Notes: a model not told the origin generated them from the sequence alone. 64,000 nucleotides of DNA from an uncultured Planctomycetota bacterium (GCA_963845755.1 CAWJTV010000015.1:192001-256000); one strand, 5' to 3'. Counted from the stretch's first letter, positions 12,049-23,789 are shown. Translations and numbers: made by a program.

Positions 12049-13476
12049 GGGATCTCTCCTCAGGACATTTCCGCCCTCGATCCTGGCCCAGCAGGCCCGT
12101 AAAGATCAAGGCCCGAATTCCTCGATCGTGGCGAATCACCCGGCAATCGCAACGGCGATTTCGCCGTGGTACGATCTGCGTTCGTACAATCCTCGTGCCA
12201 TATTGCGCATCCTGTGGACGCCCGATTCCCTTGAGGGATATTGCCGGGATCTCGTATTCGGAGTCCCATTCCGACTGGAGCACGCCGATGATGCCCGCCT
12301 GCACGCTGATCGCCGTCCTGGCGACCCTCTCGGCCGGGGCCATTCCCTCGGCTTCTGCGCCAACGGATAGGGCGCGGCCCAACATCGTGGTGATCCTCGC
12401 CGATGACCTCGGCTACTCCGACCTGGGTTGTTACGGCGGTGAGATCCGGACGCCTCACCTGGATGGTCTGGCCTCCCGTGGACTGCGATTCACTCAGTTT
12501 TACAACACGGCGCGGTGCTGGCCTTCGCGAGCTGCCATCCTCACGGGCTACTACGCTCAGGAAGTCCGACGCGACACCGTGCCGGGGGTCACCAGCGGGG
12601 GCAACGGCCGGCGTCCCGGCTGGGCGAAGCTGCTGCCGGAGCGGCTCCGGCCGCTCGGCTATCGGTCGTACCACTCGGGCAAATGGCACGTCAACGGCAT
12701 GCCGCTGGCCAACGGCTTCGACCGCTCCTACTACCTCCAGGATACCGGGCGCCACTTCCATCCGCACATACATTACGAGGACGATCAGAAGCTCCCGCCG
12801 GTCGAGCCCGGGAGCGGCTACTACACGACGACCGCCATCGCCCAGCACGCGACCGACTACCTCCGAGACCATGCGGCCAACCACAAAGCCCAGCCGTTCT
12901 TGCTCTATCTCGCCTTCACCGCACCGCATTTCCCCTTGCAAGCACCGTCGGAGGATATCGCCCGATACCGCGATCGGTATCGGGTCGGCTGGGAAGCCGT
13001 CCGCGCCGACCGGTGGAGGCGGATCCAGGAACTGGGCCTCGTTCGAGGGAAACTTTCGGACGTGGAGCGCGACGTCGGTCCCCCCTACCACTTCCCGGAT
13101 GCTCTCAAGGCACTCGGTCCCGACGAGGTCAACCGGCCCATGCCCTGGTCCGATCTGACTGAGGCGCAGCGCGGCTTCCAGGCGACGAAGATGGGCATTC
13201 ACGCCGCGATGGTCAACCGGATGGACCAGGAGATCGGCCGGGTCCTGGATCAACTCCGCGCGATGGGTGCCCGGGAGAACACGCTCATTCTTTTCCTGTC
13301 CGACAATGGTGCCAGTGCGGAGATCATGGTCCGCGACGACGGCCACGACCCGTCGGCGCCACCGGGCTCGGCCAGGTCGCACCTCTGCCTCGGTCCGGGC
13401 TGGTCGACCGTCGCCAATACCCCATTCCGTCGTCATAAGACCTGGGTGCACGAAGGGGGAATCGCGACCCCCTTAA

Positions 13477-14386
13477 GAGCGCTCGGAAAAAATGAGTTCA
13501 CTGGCCCAGGAGCCTCAAACAGATCAAGGAACATGCTAACTTGAGGAACGCGTCTTGAATCTCGGTGAGCCGATCCAAACGGCGGCGCAGCCGGCCGAAG
13601 GAGTGCAGCCACGCGATGGTCCGCTCTACGTACCAGCGGGACTTGCCCAAACCGCTGCCGTGCTCCGTATTGCGGGCCGCCAGCACCGGCGTGGTCCCCC
13701 GGCCGCGCAAACCCTGCCGCACCGGTTCCGAGTCGTAGCCCCGATCCCCCTGCAAGCGGTCGGGCTTCTGCCGCTTCGGCCCCGGCTTGCCGCCCACCGG
13801 CGGCATGTCGTCGAGCGTCGTGAAGACCTGGGTGATCTCGGGGACGTTGGCGGCGGTCACCGTCGCCGCCAGCGGCACGCCTTGGGCGTCGGTCATCACG
13901 TGGTGCTTGCTGCCGGATTTGCTCCGGTCCGTCGGATTCGGGCCGGTATCCTCGCCCCCTTCCGGGGCCTTGGCGAAGGAGGCGTCGATCAGCGCCCGCT
14001 CCCAGTCGATCGCGTCAGCGCCGTTGCAGCTCGGCCAGCAAGACGGCGTGCAACTGGCGCCAGACACCGGCCTGCTGCCACGCCTGCAGGTAGGACCGGC
14101 AGGTCTTGCCGCAGCCGCAGCCGAGGTCGGCGGGCAAGTCGTCCCAGGCGATGCCGGTCTTGAGCACGAACAAGATGCCGGTGAGGATCTTGCGGTAGTC
14201 CAGGGGTTTGCGTCCCGGGAAGCGGAAGCGGCGCGGAGGCGGGGGTGGCAGCAAGGGCTCCAGGCGCTTGCCACAGCGCATCGGAGACAAGGGGTTTCAT
14301 GGTGGTCCTCCTTCGGTTCGGGAGATCACTCTCCGAAGGACTCAAGAGCAGACAGCGTGCCAGTGGATTCATTTTTTCCGACGCTC
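13477..14386 (-). mobile_element. IS5-family insertion sequence, 910 bp, with a TTAA target duplication
   Basis: Imperfect ~28-bp TIRs (GAGCGCTCGGAAAAAATGAGTTCACTGGC vs reverse complement GAGCGTCGGAAAAAATGAATCCACTGGC); TTAA at 13473-13476 and 14387-14390. Confidence 0.9.
13498..14300 (-). CDS. IS5-family DDE transposase (split over frames)
   Basis: GILFVLKTGIAWDDLP...W...GVW N-terminal domain; IDAS, TGPNPTDRSKSGSKHH, GDRGYD and RWYVERTIAWL motifs. Confidence 0.88.
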
Positions 14387-14948
14387 TTAATCGTCCAGTG
14401 GACCGAAGGGATCACCGCGCGCGGCGAGCTTCGCCACAATCCGGGCCATGTCATCGACCTCCTGCCAACGATACTGGAAGTGGCCGGCGGATCTCGCGTC
14501 GAGTCTGACGATCTCCCGGGTATCCCCGTGCGTCCTGGCAAGAGCCTTGTTCCGGCCTTCGCCCACGACGGCACGGTCCGGCACGACGCACTATGGTGGG
14601 CCCACGAAGGGAATCGCGCGATCCGCGTGGGCGACTGGAAGCTCGTGGCGGCCGGTCAGGACGGGCCCTGGGAACTCTACGACCTCGCCACCGACCGTAC
14701 CGAGACCCGCAACCTCGCGCGGCAGCATCCTGAAAAAGTCCGTGAACTGGCCCAGCACTGGCAGCGCCTGTGGGACGAGTTCGCCGCGATCGCTTGTAAG
14801 TAACGTCTTACGAACCCATTCAGGCTCCGCGCTCTGGCGGAGCGTGCAAGAATTGTTTAACATTCGCGAAGTTCTCCCAGGTTGACGTCGGGACCACGGC
14901 GGCCGGCTGGTGTGATTGTGATGTCGGGAATGGGCTGGAGGCTTCGGT

Positions 14949-16361
14949 ATGAACGACGATGCGATGTCCCGGTCGGCGCACGTGGATCGCCGGACATTCC
15001 TCGTAGCCTCAGGCGCGGGCATGGCGGGGCTGCGACTGGTCCCGACTACCGAAGCGGCCGAGCCCGAAGCAGCGACGGCGCGGTCGACGATCCTGTTCTT
15101 CCTCTGTGGCGGGGCGTCGCACATCGACACGTGGGACTTGAAGCCGGATGCACCGGCCGAGTACCGCGGGCCGTTCCGTCCAATCGCGACGACGGCACCG
15201 GGCGTTCGTTTCTGCGAGCACCTGCCGCTCCTGGCCCGCCAGGCCCACCACCTGGCCGTGGTCAACTCGGTCGGCGCCACGGTGAATACGAACGACCACC
15301 ATGCCGGCTATTACTACAACCTGACCGGCCATGTCCCGGATACGAGCTTCCGGACGCTCGCCAACGACCGGACCCCGCGGCCGGACGACTGGCCTTACAT
15401 GGGCTGCGTTGCCGCCTCGCGCCGCCCGCCGCACCGGCACTTCCCTAACGCGATCACGCTGCCGCACCGGCCGAGCAAGGCACCGTACACGCGGCCCGGT
15501 CAGTTCGCCGCGCGGCTGGGGATCGAGCACGACCCGCTCTACGTCCACGGCGATCTCGGCCAGCCTCTCCGCTTCCAGGCGCCGGCCTTGACCCTGGGCG
15601 GCGACATGACCGCGCAGAGGCTCCAGGACCGCCGGGGACTGCTCGCGGCCGTCGACGCCGCCCGGCGGGACCTCGAACACGGTTCTCGGAATCGCATCTG
15701 GTCGAGCCTTCAGCAGAGGGCCTGGGGCTTGCTGGCCTCGTCGCGGACGACTTCGGCGTTCGATGTCGCCTCCGAGCCGGAACTGGTCCGCGAGCGTTAC
15801 GGCCAGACGATCAATGGTATGAGCCTGCTTCTCGCCCGGCGACTCGTCGAGGCCGGTGTCCCCTTCGTGACGGTCTTCTGGAAGGAGAACGAGGCGATTG
15901 CCAACAAGTGCAAGAGTGCCGGCGGTTGGGACACCCACGGCAACAACTTTAACTGTCTGAAGGAAAACCTCCTCCCGGAATTCGACCGGGCGTTTTCGGC
16001 CCTGGTCGAGGATCTGGCATGCCGCGGCTTGCTCCCGCAAACGCTTCTCCTGGTCACCAGCGAGATGGGGCGTACTCCGAGGATCGGCGATCCGCGATCG
16101 GGAGGCACGTCGGGAGCGGGCCGCGACCACTGGACCCATTGCATGAGCAACCTCCTGGCCGGTGGCGGCATCCAGGGGGGCCAGGTCTATGGCTCGAGCG
16201 ATCGACGCGGCGAATATCCCGCCCACAGGCCCGTCACACCGGCTCATATCGCCAAGACGGTCTATCATGCGATGGGAATCCACGACCTCACGGCCACCGC
16301 CAATGACGGACGTGTGTATCATCTGCTGGAAGAGGGTGAGCCGTTGCGGGAATTGTTCTGA
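14949..16361 (+). CDS. DUF1501 family protein with a Tat signal
   Basis: DRRTFL; FLCGGASHIDTWDLKP; LLARRLVEAGV; WDTH; EMGRTP; GRDHW. Confidence 0.9.
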   Translation: MNDDAMSRSAHVDRRTFLVASGAGMAGLRLVPTTEAAEPEAATARSTILFFLCGGASHIDTWDLKPDAPAEYRGPFRPIATTAPGVRFCEHLPLLARQAHHLAVVNSVGATVNTNDHHAGYYYNLTGHVPDTSFRTLANDRTPRPDDWPYMGCVAASRRPPHRHFPNAITLPHRPSKAPYTRPGQFAARLGIEHDPLYVHGDLGQPLRFQAPALTLGGDMTAQRLQDRRGLLAAVDAARRDLEHGSRNRIWSSLQQRAWGLLASSRTTSAFDVASEPELVRERYGQTINGMSLLLARRLVEAGVPFVTVFWKENEAIANKCKSAGGWDTHGNNFNCLKENLLPEFDRAFSALVEDLACRGLLPQTLLLVTSEMGRTPRIGDPRSGGTSGAGRDHWTHCMSNLLAGGGIQGGQVYGSSDRRGEYPAHRPVTPAHIAKTVYHAMGIHDLTATANDGRVYHLLEEGEPLRELF

Positions 16362-16475
16362 ACCGACGGGTCGGCCAACCGACGGAGAAGACGGTTTTCA
16401 GTCGATGGGCTGAGAGACGAAGGTTTTCGATGTGCTCGCTCGGTCGAGCCTGATCTACGAGATTGAGGACTCACG

Positions 16476-17180
16476 ATGATCTCGATCGGCCGGTTCACCG
16501 AACGGACATGCCAGGGAATGACGCGGCGGGCCTTCCTCCAGATCGGTGCGGCCGCGCCTTTCATGACGGGGCTTCCGGCGCGAGCATCGTTCTCGTCGCC
16601 GGCCACCCATGCGGCGCTGGACCTCTCGCGCGAGTCGGCGGCCATGCGCGCCGCGTACGGCCGCACCTCGTTCGGCCAGAGCTGCCTGCTCGGCAGGCGG
16701 CTCGTCGAGGCCGGGGTACCCTACGTCCAGGTGAACTGGAGCCAGTACGTCGAGGTCTTCTACGCATTCTCCGACTACGGCTGGGACACGCACGCCGACA
16801 ACTTCGGCCTGCTCGCCGACTGGCACGGACCGCTCCTCGACCAGGTGCTCTCGACCCTGCTCGACGACCTCCGCCGGCGCGGGCTACTCGAGACGACGTT
16901 ATTGCTCTGTATGGGTGAGTTCGGCCGCACGCCGCGGATCAACGCGATCGGCTCCCGCGACCACTGGCATCATTGCTATTCCTCGATCTGGGCGGGGACC
17001 TGCGTGCGGGCCGGCCACGTCATCGGCGAGAGCGACGCTCGCGGCGAGCACCCCGCCTCCGATTCGATCACGCCCGCGATGGTCGGGACCACAATCCTCG
17101 ATCGCCTGGGTATCAGTTCGGCGGAACGGGCCGAGCTCCGGGTACTCGTGAGCGGGCGTGTGATCGATGAGCTGGGATGA
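16476..17180 (+). CDS. DUF1501 family protein, internally deleted (possible pseudogene)
   Basis: Tat leader TRRAFL joined directly to the C-terminal half (LLGRRLVEAGV, WDTH, EFGRTP, RDHW); the GGxSHxD region is missing. Confidence 0.7.
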   Translation: MISIGRFTERTCQGMTRRAFLQIGAAAPFMTGLPARASFSSPATHAALDLSRESAAMRAAYGRTSFGQSCLLGRRLVEAGVPYVQVNWSQYVEVFYAFSDYGWDTHADNFGLLADWHGPLLDQVLSTLLDDLRRRGLLETTLLLCMGEFGRTPRINAIGSRDHWHHCYSSIWAGTCVRAGHVIGESDARGEHPASDSITPAMVGTTILDRLGISSAERAELRVLVSGRVIDELG

Positions 17181-17217
17181 CGGCGGCCGTTGCCTCGACT
17201 CGTCAAGAATCGGATCC

Positions 17218-18529
17218 TCAGCCCGGCTTGCTGCGTTTGACGAAGCGGGGGATCAACCGTGAGGACGCCCGGGAGATGCAGTACAGCAGTGGGACGGTCA
17301 CCCAGGTGGATTGGATCTCGGCCGGCCGGATGGCGGGGAGGCCGGAGATCGGATCGAGCTGGATGTTCGGGCCCAGCGAGCTCACCGCGATATAAGTGAT
17401 GTCGCGCGCGAAGCTCTCGGCGGCGGTCACGGTTTCGGGACAGTAGTGGAGGAGGATTCGCCGCAGCAGTTCCGAGAGGTGCTCGATACGGTCCATGTCG
17501 ACGCCCGCGACGTGGTCGACGGTTCGCCATGGGTCGCCCTTGGCTTCGGTGTCGAGCAGGTGGTTCCACTCATCGAGCTTCGAGAGGACGACGACCAGCG
17601 GCCGGTCGAACGGTGCGGTGTGCGGCAGTCCGGCGTGGCGACGGATCCGCGCCGCGGCCTCGTTGAGGATCGTCTCCTGCCGGCTGATCCGCCCGGCTGA
17701 CGGCACGGCGCCTCCACTGCCCGATGCGGCCCCTCGACAAGCGGAACGGAACCGCGGGTCCTGTGTCGGGTCGAACAGGAAGAGCACCGCGCGCGACCGG
17801 GCCAGATGCCGCGTCACCGGGCTCGACGCCGTGTCCTGGCCGGGCTGGAAGTGCTCGCCCGCGTTGTCGTAGAGGCAGAGCATCCGCGCCAGCTTCGCGG
17901 AGTCGCTCCGCGAGTGGCCCTCACGCGGCTGCATCGTGAATAAGAGCGGACGCGGATAGCTCACGGTTTGCTGGCCGTAGGCCACCGTGTCATACAGCTC
18001 GCCTTGCAGCTCGGTCTTCCGGATCAGATTGCCCAGGGGGATCACCTTTGTGTCGTCGGGGTTGAGGAACAGCGCCTCTTCGCAGGCGTTGAGCACCCGG
18101 TTGGCCGTCGGGTCAGCGTCGGTGAACGCGACGTGGAAGTGCATGGGTAAGACCTGTCGCAGTTGCCAGGTCATGGTGGTCAGGAAGTACGACTTGCCGC
18201 TGGCCGGACTGCCCAGGATCGAATAGAACAACGGCTCCATCTCGAGCATGGCGCGGGGGACCTGGAGATGGCAATGCGGGCAGGCCAGATCCCGGCAGGT
18301 CATGCCCTTGGCGTTCGACGGCGTCGCCCTCGACCGTGAACCGGCTCGGGAGGAAGCGCTGCTGCCGTTCCGGACCGAGCATCGGGTCGCCGAGCAGCTC
18401 GACATGCTCCGAGATCCACAAGACCTGTTCCGGCGGGAACGTCTCCCAGCAATGCGGGCAGGTCACCCTCGTCAGCAGCCGGATCGGCTCCGCGTCGTTG
18501 GTATGGGAATCGTTCTCCAACCGGGTCAT
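17218..18529 (-). CDS. TRAFAC-clade 'double-GTPase 2'-like protein with N-terminal CPxC zinc ribbons (frameshift near 18320)
   Basis: TCPHCW and ACPHCH; G1 GSPASGKS; G3 YDNAGE; G4 SKLD; VSSLG. Confidence 0.7.
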
Positions 18530-18559
18530 GCTCGGGCTTCCTCCAGGGGATCCCGCGGT

Positions 18560-18967
18560 TCAATCGGTCCTGGCCTCATCATGGCGCCGAAACACGAGCC
18601 AATCTCGAGGGCCTTTGCGATGGAAGCGGACCAGGGCATAGGTCCCATGTAGCCGCCGGCCGTTCAGCACGAATGCGATCGACGTGTCGTTCCATTCCAG
18701 CAAGTCGTAGGTGCCGTCATCCCAGATCTCAACGGTCCCCGCCCCATACTGCCCCTCCGGGATGGTCCCCTCAAACGATCCGTAAGCCAGCGGATGATCG
18801 GGCACTTGCACGGCCAGCCGGCGGGTTCCCACAGTCTCCGGGATCCCCTTGGGCACGGCCCAGCTCTTGTAGACCCCGTCCTTCTCGAGGCGGAAGTCGT
18901 AGTGCAACGTCCGGGCCCGATGTTTCTGAACGACGAACCGACCCCCCGCGCCCTGGTGCTGGTCCAT
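18560..18967 (-). CDS. Stand-alone LigD 3'-phosphoesterase domain protein
   Basis: FVVQKHRARTLHYDFRLE, SWAVPKG, RLAVQVPDH and GQYGAGTVEIWDDG motifs. Confidence 0.9.
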   Translation of the reverse strand: MDQHQGAGGRFVVQKHRARTLHYDFRLEKDGVYKSWAVPKGIPETVGTRRLAVQVPDHPLAYGSFEGTIPEGQYGAGTVEIWDDGTYDLLEWNDTSIAFVLNGRRLHGTYALVRFHRKGPRDWLVFRRHDEARTD

Positions 18968-19036
18968 ACCTCACCTCATCGATGCCCGACCCAGAGGTGC
19001 TACGATCCTGGCTGCCGTCACTTCTGGCCTATTGTA

Positions 19037-19426
19037 TCAGGTCCCGCTCACTCCCGTGGCCAGCTCGATCAGGTCAGCGATCGAGCGGATCGTCTGCGGC
19101 GCGGCGAGATAACCGATGCCGCGATGCAAGTGCAGCCGGAACTGGCGGGCCAGGACGTCTTCCGAGGTACCCAGCCCATCGCGCTGGCAACGTTCCTTGA
19201 GCAAGGCGAGGTACAGCTCGTGGGCATCGCCGCCGAAGACGGGCCAGCTCATCTCGACATTGCTGTCCGCCGGAACATCCAGCGAGGCCGGTGGCGAGGA
19301 CTGCCGGAGCGACAGGCAGAACGCCCATCGACAGAGCACATTCCAGTGAGGGATGCCCGTCCGGGTCTTGAGACGGATGAGCTGCTCCTTCGCCTGCGTC
19401 GAGAGCTTCACCTGTCGGATACTCAT
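19037..19426 (-). CDS. dndE: DNA sulfur modification protein DndE
   Basis: KEQLIRLKTRTGIPHWNVLCRWAFCLSL and FRLHLHRGIGYL; downstream of dndD. Confidence 0.9.
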   Translation of the reverse strand: MSIRQVKLSTQAKEQLIRLKTRTGIPHWNVLCRWAFCLSLRQSSPPASLDVPADSNVEMSWPVFGGDAHELYLALLKERCQRDGLGTSEDVLARQFRLHLHRGIGYLAAPQTIRSIADLIELATGVSGT

Positions 19427-19893
19427 CGCCCTCACCGTTGCTAGGAACGTCCAGAATGGTACCAGTTCGGCTGGTCTGGCCCCAGGGCCGTGACCGCCGG
19501 GGACCCGCCGAGGCTGCTGGCAGCGGGCGTGCCAGGTCCATGCCGGCTTGCTTGACGCAACCTCAAGTTTCCGTGGAATTTCGGTCAGAAAGTCGGTGGC
19601 ACAAAGTGGCACTCAATATGATCTTTTGGGAAATGCCCGCTCTTCCACGGTCCTGCCCGATTGGTCGTCGGGGCAGGCCGAGAAATGATGAGCCGATCGG
19701 CCGGCAATCTTGGGACATTCGTTCCGGACTCCGCGCATTCTGGGGGGGCTCCCGGCCCGCCGGCGCCTGCACGTTGGGCCTCTACCTATTAGGATGCCGC
19801 AACTTCGGAAAAACGTTAATGCACCTACGCGAAAAATCGCGGTTTCTCTCGCAGCAACGCGTGATGCGGTCGAGACATAAAAATTTTAAGAAA

Positions 19894-21968
19894 TTATTTT
19901 CGCCGGGGGATCCGTCCGCGACTCGGGCGGCGGATTTGCGCCGGGAGCCCCTCTCCACTCCCGTGTGCCTCCTCCCAGAAGTAGCCCGGCTCCGCGTAGG
20001 TGGCCCGGGTTTCCTCGTCGTAGCGGAGGTGATAGGCCCGGGCGATGTGGGTCCGGAGCGACTGATAGTAATGCCGGTTGACCTCCGTGTCGGTCGAGAG
20101 GATCAGCACCTGGTGGCTGGCGTTGGGGAAGTAGCGTTCGATCAGGTGGCGGCGGTGAGCGGCGTCGAGCCGGGCCATCGGCGTGTCGATGATCGCCGGC
20201 AGGGGATGGGCCGATGCGCGGGCCAGACCCCACAAGACCGAGATGGCGAAGATCTGCTTCTCGCCTTCAGATAACCGCTCCCGGGGCAGGGCATGCCCGG
20301 CCTGGTTGAAGAGGGTGATGGCGAACGTCGTGGGATCGATCTGGATCCGTTCGACCAGGCTCTGCTTGCGTAGGAGGTACCGGAACGATTCGGTGATCAG
20401 GTCGGAGAGACGGTCGATCTTCCGTTCGGTCGCCCGGGTCAGGAACTCCTGCATGACGACCTGGGTCCTGGCGGCGACCCGGGTCATCCGCAGGCGATCG
20501 TCCTGGGCGTCCTCCTCGTTCGCTTGCCGCACCTGGATCGCACGTAACTTCTCCGTCCGGGCCTCCCGTTCCGCACGACGTTCCGCGATCGTCCGGTCCA
20601 GTTGTCGGGCCTCTTCGTGGACCGTTCCCAATCGCTCGGACGACGCCCGAAGCCGATTGAGGAACTGGCGGATCGCCTCGTCCTCGACTGTGATCGAATC
20701 GTCGCGATCCACCTCCTTGAACTGCGCGGTCCAGGTCCGATCGCCGATCCATCACACTCGCGGCATCCCGACGCAATTCCGAGAGCCGTTGTCCCCGGAG
20801 GTTGTGGAGCAGGGACCGGGCGCCCGGCGCCAGGAGGAGCCGTGCCTCAACGTCGTGAGCCGCCCCGGTGCGCGATTCTCGGTCCCGGGCGAGATGCGTC
20901 TTGACCTTCCTCACGACGGCCGGCGCCGTCTCCAGCTCGGCGAGCAAGGCGAGAACCTTCTCGTCGCGCTCGTCGAGCAGGCGCCGGATGACCTCGGCCT
21001 CGGCCGCTTCCGTCTCGCGCTTGTCCTGGTCCTCGACGGCTTCGAGCAGGTCGCCGACCAGGCAGAGCGGCAGCTCCGTGGCGGCCAGGGCGACGAGCTG
21101 CGCGTCGCACGCGCGGACCTCCTGGGCGAGTCCTTCCTTCCGGCGCTCGCGGTCCCCGCGCTTCTCCCAGTGCCGGCCCCCCGCCGCCTGGAACTCGTCC
21201 TCCAACCGTTCGTAGTCGGCCTTCGCTCGCAGCACGACGTTCTCGTGCTCGCTGCGCCTCGTGTTCAGGGCAGCGATCTCCTTGCGTAGGTCCTCGATCT
21301 CCCGCGCGAGCCCGGCCCGATCCTCGCGCGGTTTGCTGGCCTCGGCGCCTCGGGCGGCCAGCCGCGTTTCGAGGACGGCGGCGTCGGCGATCAGCCGCTC
21401 GGCGATATCGAGGCCCAGAAGCGATTTGACGGCCGTCCCCAGCACCTGGCTGCTGGTCTCATCCTCGGCGAGCGATCGGATCTTCTCCGCGTCGAAGAAG
21501 AAGAGCTGGGAGACCTCCAGCGGGAAGAAATCCTCCACGAGCTGGCCCCAGTGCTCCGAATGCCAGCGATCGTGCAGACCGTCCAGCGAGACCTGGAGCT
21601 CCTCGCGCACCTTCTTGCCCTGCACGCTCCAGAACCGGCTGACATCATAGACGTGCTCCTCCCCGCCGGCTGCATGGCGGAACGTCAGCGAGACGCCCGC
21701 CCCTTCCGCGCCGCCGACCCCATGGTGGATCGACTGACGGAGGAACTCGTCATACCCCAGGTTGGCCCGCTTCGAACACCGCGCAGGGTGCCATAGAGCG
21801 CGACCTGGATCGCGTCAAGCAGCGTGGTCTTCCCGGCGCCGTTGGTGCCGCCGAACAGGACGATCGGCCGCATGCCGGCGTTCCGGGGTGCGGGCGCGGA
21901 GTCAGGTCAAAAGATTGTTCGCCGCGGTAGAGACCGAAGTTCCGCAACGTCACGCGTTCGAGGATCAT
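19894..21968 (-). CDS. dndD: DNA sulfur modification protein DndD (SMC-like ATPase; several frameshifts)
   Basis: Walker A GGTNGAGKTT, LFFFDAEKI, coiled coil, signature LSEGEKQ, IIDTPMARLD and HQVLILSTDTE. Pieces in ORFs 21750..21968, 21685..21873, 20267..21625 and 19894..20712. Confidence 0.88.
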
Positions 21969-22016
21969 TATGGTCTCGCCGGTCGGTGGTAGGGCGTCCA
22001 GAACCTTGTCTACTCG

Positions 22017-22262
22017 GTGTTCCCAGGGTGCGCCTTCGGCGACCCTGGGCTTTGATGTGCAACGCCTTTGGCGTAGGGATCATCGCGGGTGCCCTCGTGT
22101 TCCCAGGGTGCGCCTCGGCGACCCTGGGCTTTGATGTGCAACGCCTTTGGCGTAGGGATCTGGCGTTTCCTTTGATGTGCACCGCCTTCTGCGTAACGAC
22201 CCGGCGTTTCTTGACCCCAACGGGTCGGACAACAAAGCCCAGGGTCGCCGAAGGCGCATCCA
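22017..22262. repeat. REP-like palindromic cluster between dndC and dndD
   Basis: Two ~64-bp direct copies of gtgttcccagggtgcgcc(t)tcggcgaccctgggctttgatgtgcaacgcctttggcgtagggatc, a partial copy, and an inverted copy at ~22234-22258. Confidence 0.8.
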
Positions 22263-22275
22263 GCGACGGTGCTCG

Positions 22276-23789
22276 CTAATCGCTACTCTTTTCAAAGAAA
22301 ACCATCTGCCCACTCTCCCCGACTTCATCCGGGTCTTTCAACCGCTTCAACCGCTGATCCCGTTCTGTGAGGACCGCGAACGCTTCTTTCTCATCCTCGA
22401 ACACCGCCGCCTTGAGGCACTTCTCCAGCGCCTCGATGACGCCGACACGCCGGGTCATTCCCCGGAACTTCTGTTCGACCCCGAGGAGTGCGACCTGGAG
22501 GTCGAAGAGGACCTCGTCTCCCTCGCAGACGTCGCGGAGCAGCTCCCAATCGTCGGACCGGAGCGTATTGCCCTCCTCCCGCGGCCTGGGGAATTCCTCG
22601 CCGGTCACCTCCTGGTAGATCCTCGGCAGGCTGTCGTCGAACTCGTGCTTCTCGTGCAACCAGAGCCGGCGGATCTCGTCCAGTTCCTCCAGGCTGATGA
22701 GCTGGATCTCGCGGAACTCCTTCGGTCCCTCCCGGCGTGCGCTCTGCTGGGCTTCGAGCACCCGACGGAGCCAGTATTCGCGCGCCTCCTTCTTGTACGG
22801 GCCGGGGATCGTCCCATCGTGCCAGAGCTGGACCTGGCCGTTCATCCGCCGGAAGTCGCGCTTGTCCTTGTCGGGCTCGCCGAGCTCGTTGCGCAGCTCG
22901 AGGAGCGGCGTCATCCAGACTTTTTCTTCGTCGTTCTTGATCATGGCCTCCATAGAGCGGTCCTTGTCGACGACCGTGCAGACCCAGCACCCGAACCGGC
23001 TGCTGCCGCAACTGGGGGTCGAGCTATCGACGACCAGCGGGCATTCGCCCCCCTCGGTGGCCCCTTGATACATCCCCAGCAGCGACTTGTTGTCGTGGCC
23101 CCACGGGTTCTTGACCTGCATGAGGAACAGCCAGACGTCGTCGTTGTTCCAGTCCTCGATCGGCGTATAGACGAGCGAATTCGGCAGGCTGGCGTTGGGG
23201 ACGAGCCGGTCGCGGACCCGACGCTCGGCGTGCTTCTCGATGGTGATGGCCCGACGCTGGCTCTCGGCCTTGCGAGTGCCGAGGACGAGGATGGCCTCGC
23301 CATACTCCTGCACGACCCCGCGGATGAACGCATTCGACGGCTTGATCTTGAGCCGCTCGGTGCACCATCGAAACTTCTGATTCGGGGCCGGGTAACCACG
23401 CCCGATCAGGTTCACCCAGAACGAGTTGGCGATCTCGGGCGTGAGCTTGTGCGGGTGGATCGGTAGCTCCTGCTCGCGCGCCGCGGCGCGCATGCGGTCG
23501 AGCGAGGTCTCGACCCACTTCGCGACGACCGGTTGTTCGACCATCGTATCGGTCGAGATCACGTGAATCGCCTTCGTCCGCTCGGCGGCCGGCAGCTTGC
23601 GGATGGCCAGCCAGACGAGCTGGAGGGTCGCGCTCGAATCTTTACCACCGCTATAACCCACCACCCAGGGAATCGCGTCGGCGAGATACAACTCGCGAAT
23701 CTCGGCGCACACGGCCTCGACCGTCCTGGCCAGGCCCACGCGCGGAAGGCGGAAGGCGGTCCGGCAGGCTTATTAGACGACCTGGCCAT
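22276..23789 (-). CDS. dndC: DNA phosphorothioation sulfurtransferase DndC (PAPS reductase family)
   Basis: VGYSGGKDSS, FWVNLIGRGYPAP, RWCTERLKI and RFGCWVCTVV. Likely ATG at 23789 overlapping the dndB end, with a frameshift near 23740. Confidence 0.92.

Larger units (their letters stand above)
12288..14803 (+). pseudogene. Arylsulfatase interrupted by an IS5-family element
   Basis: PNIVVILADDLG, CWPSRA (CxPxR) and GKWH motifs. Removing the IS and one TTAA restores HEGGIATP-LIVQWTEG in frame to the stop at 14803. Confidence 0.9.

Noticed and set aside
19438..20274. 278-aa plus-strand ORF across the dndD-dndE gap
   Set aside because: It is antisense to the dndD 3' end and has no recognisable protein features.
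22017..22262. Possible CRISPR or ncRNA between dndC and dndD
   Set aside because: The units are ~64 bp, include an inverted copy and lack unique regular spacers; this fits REP-like elements.
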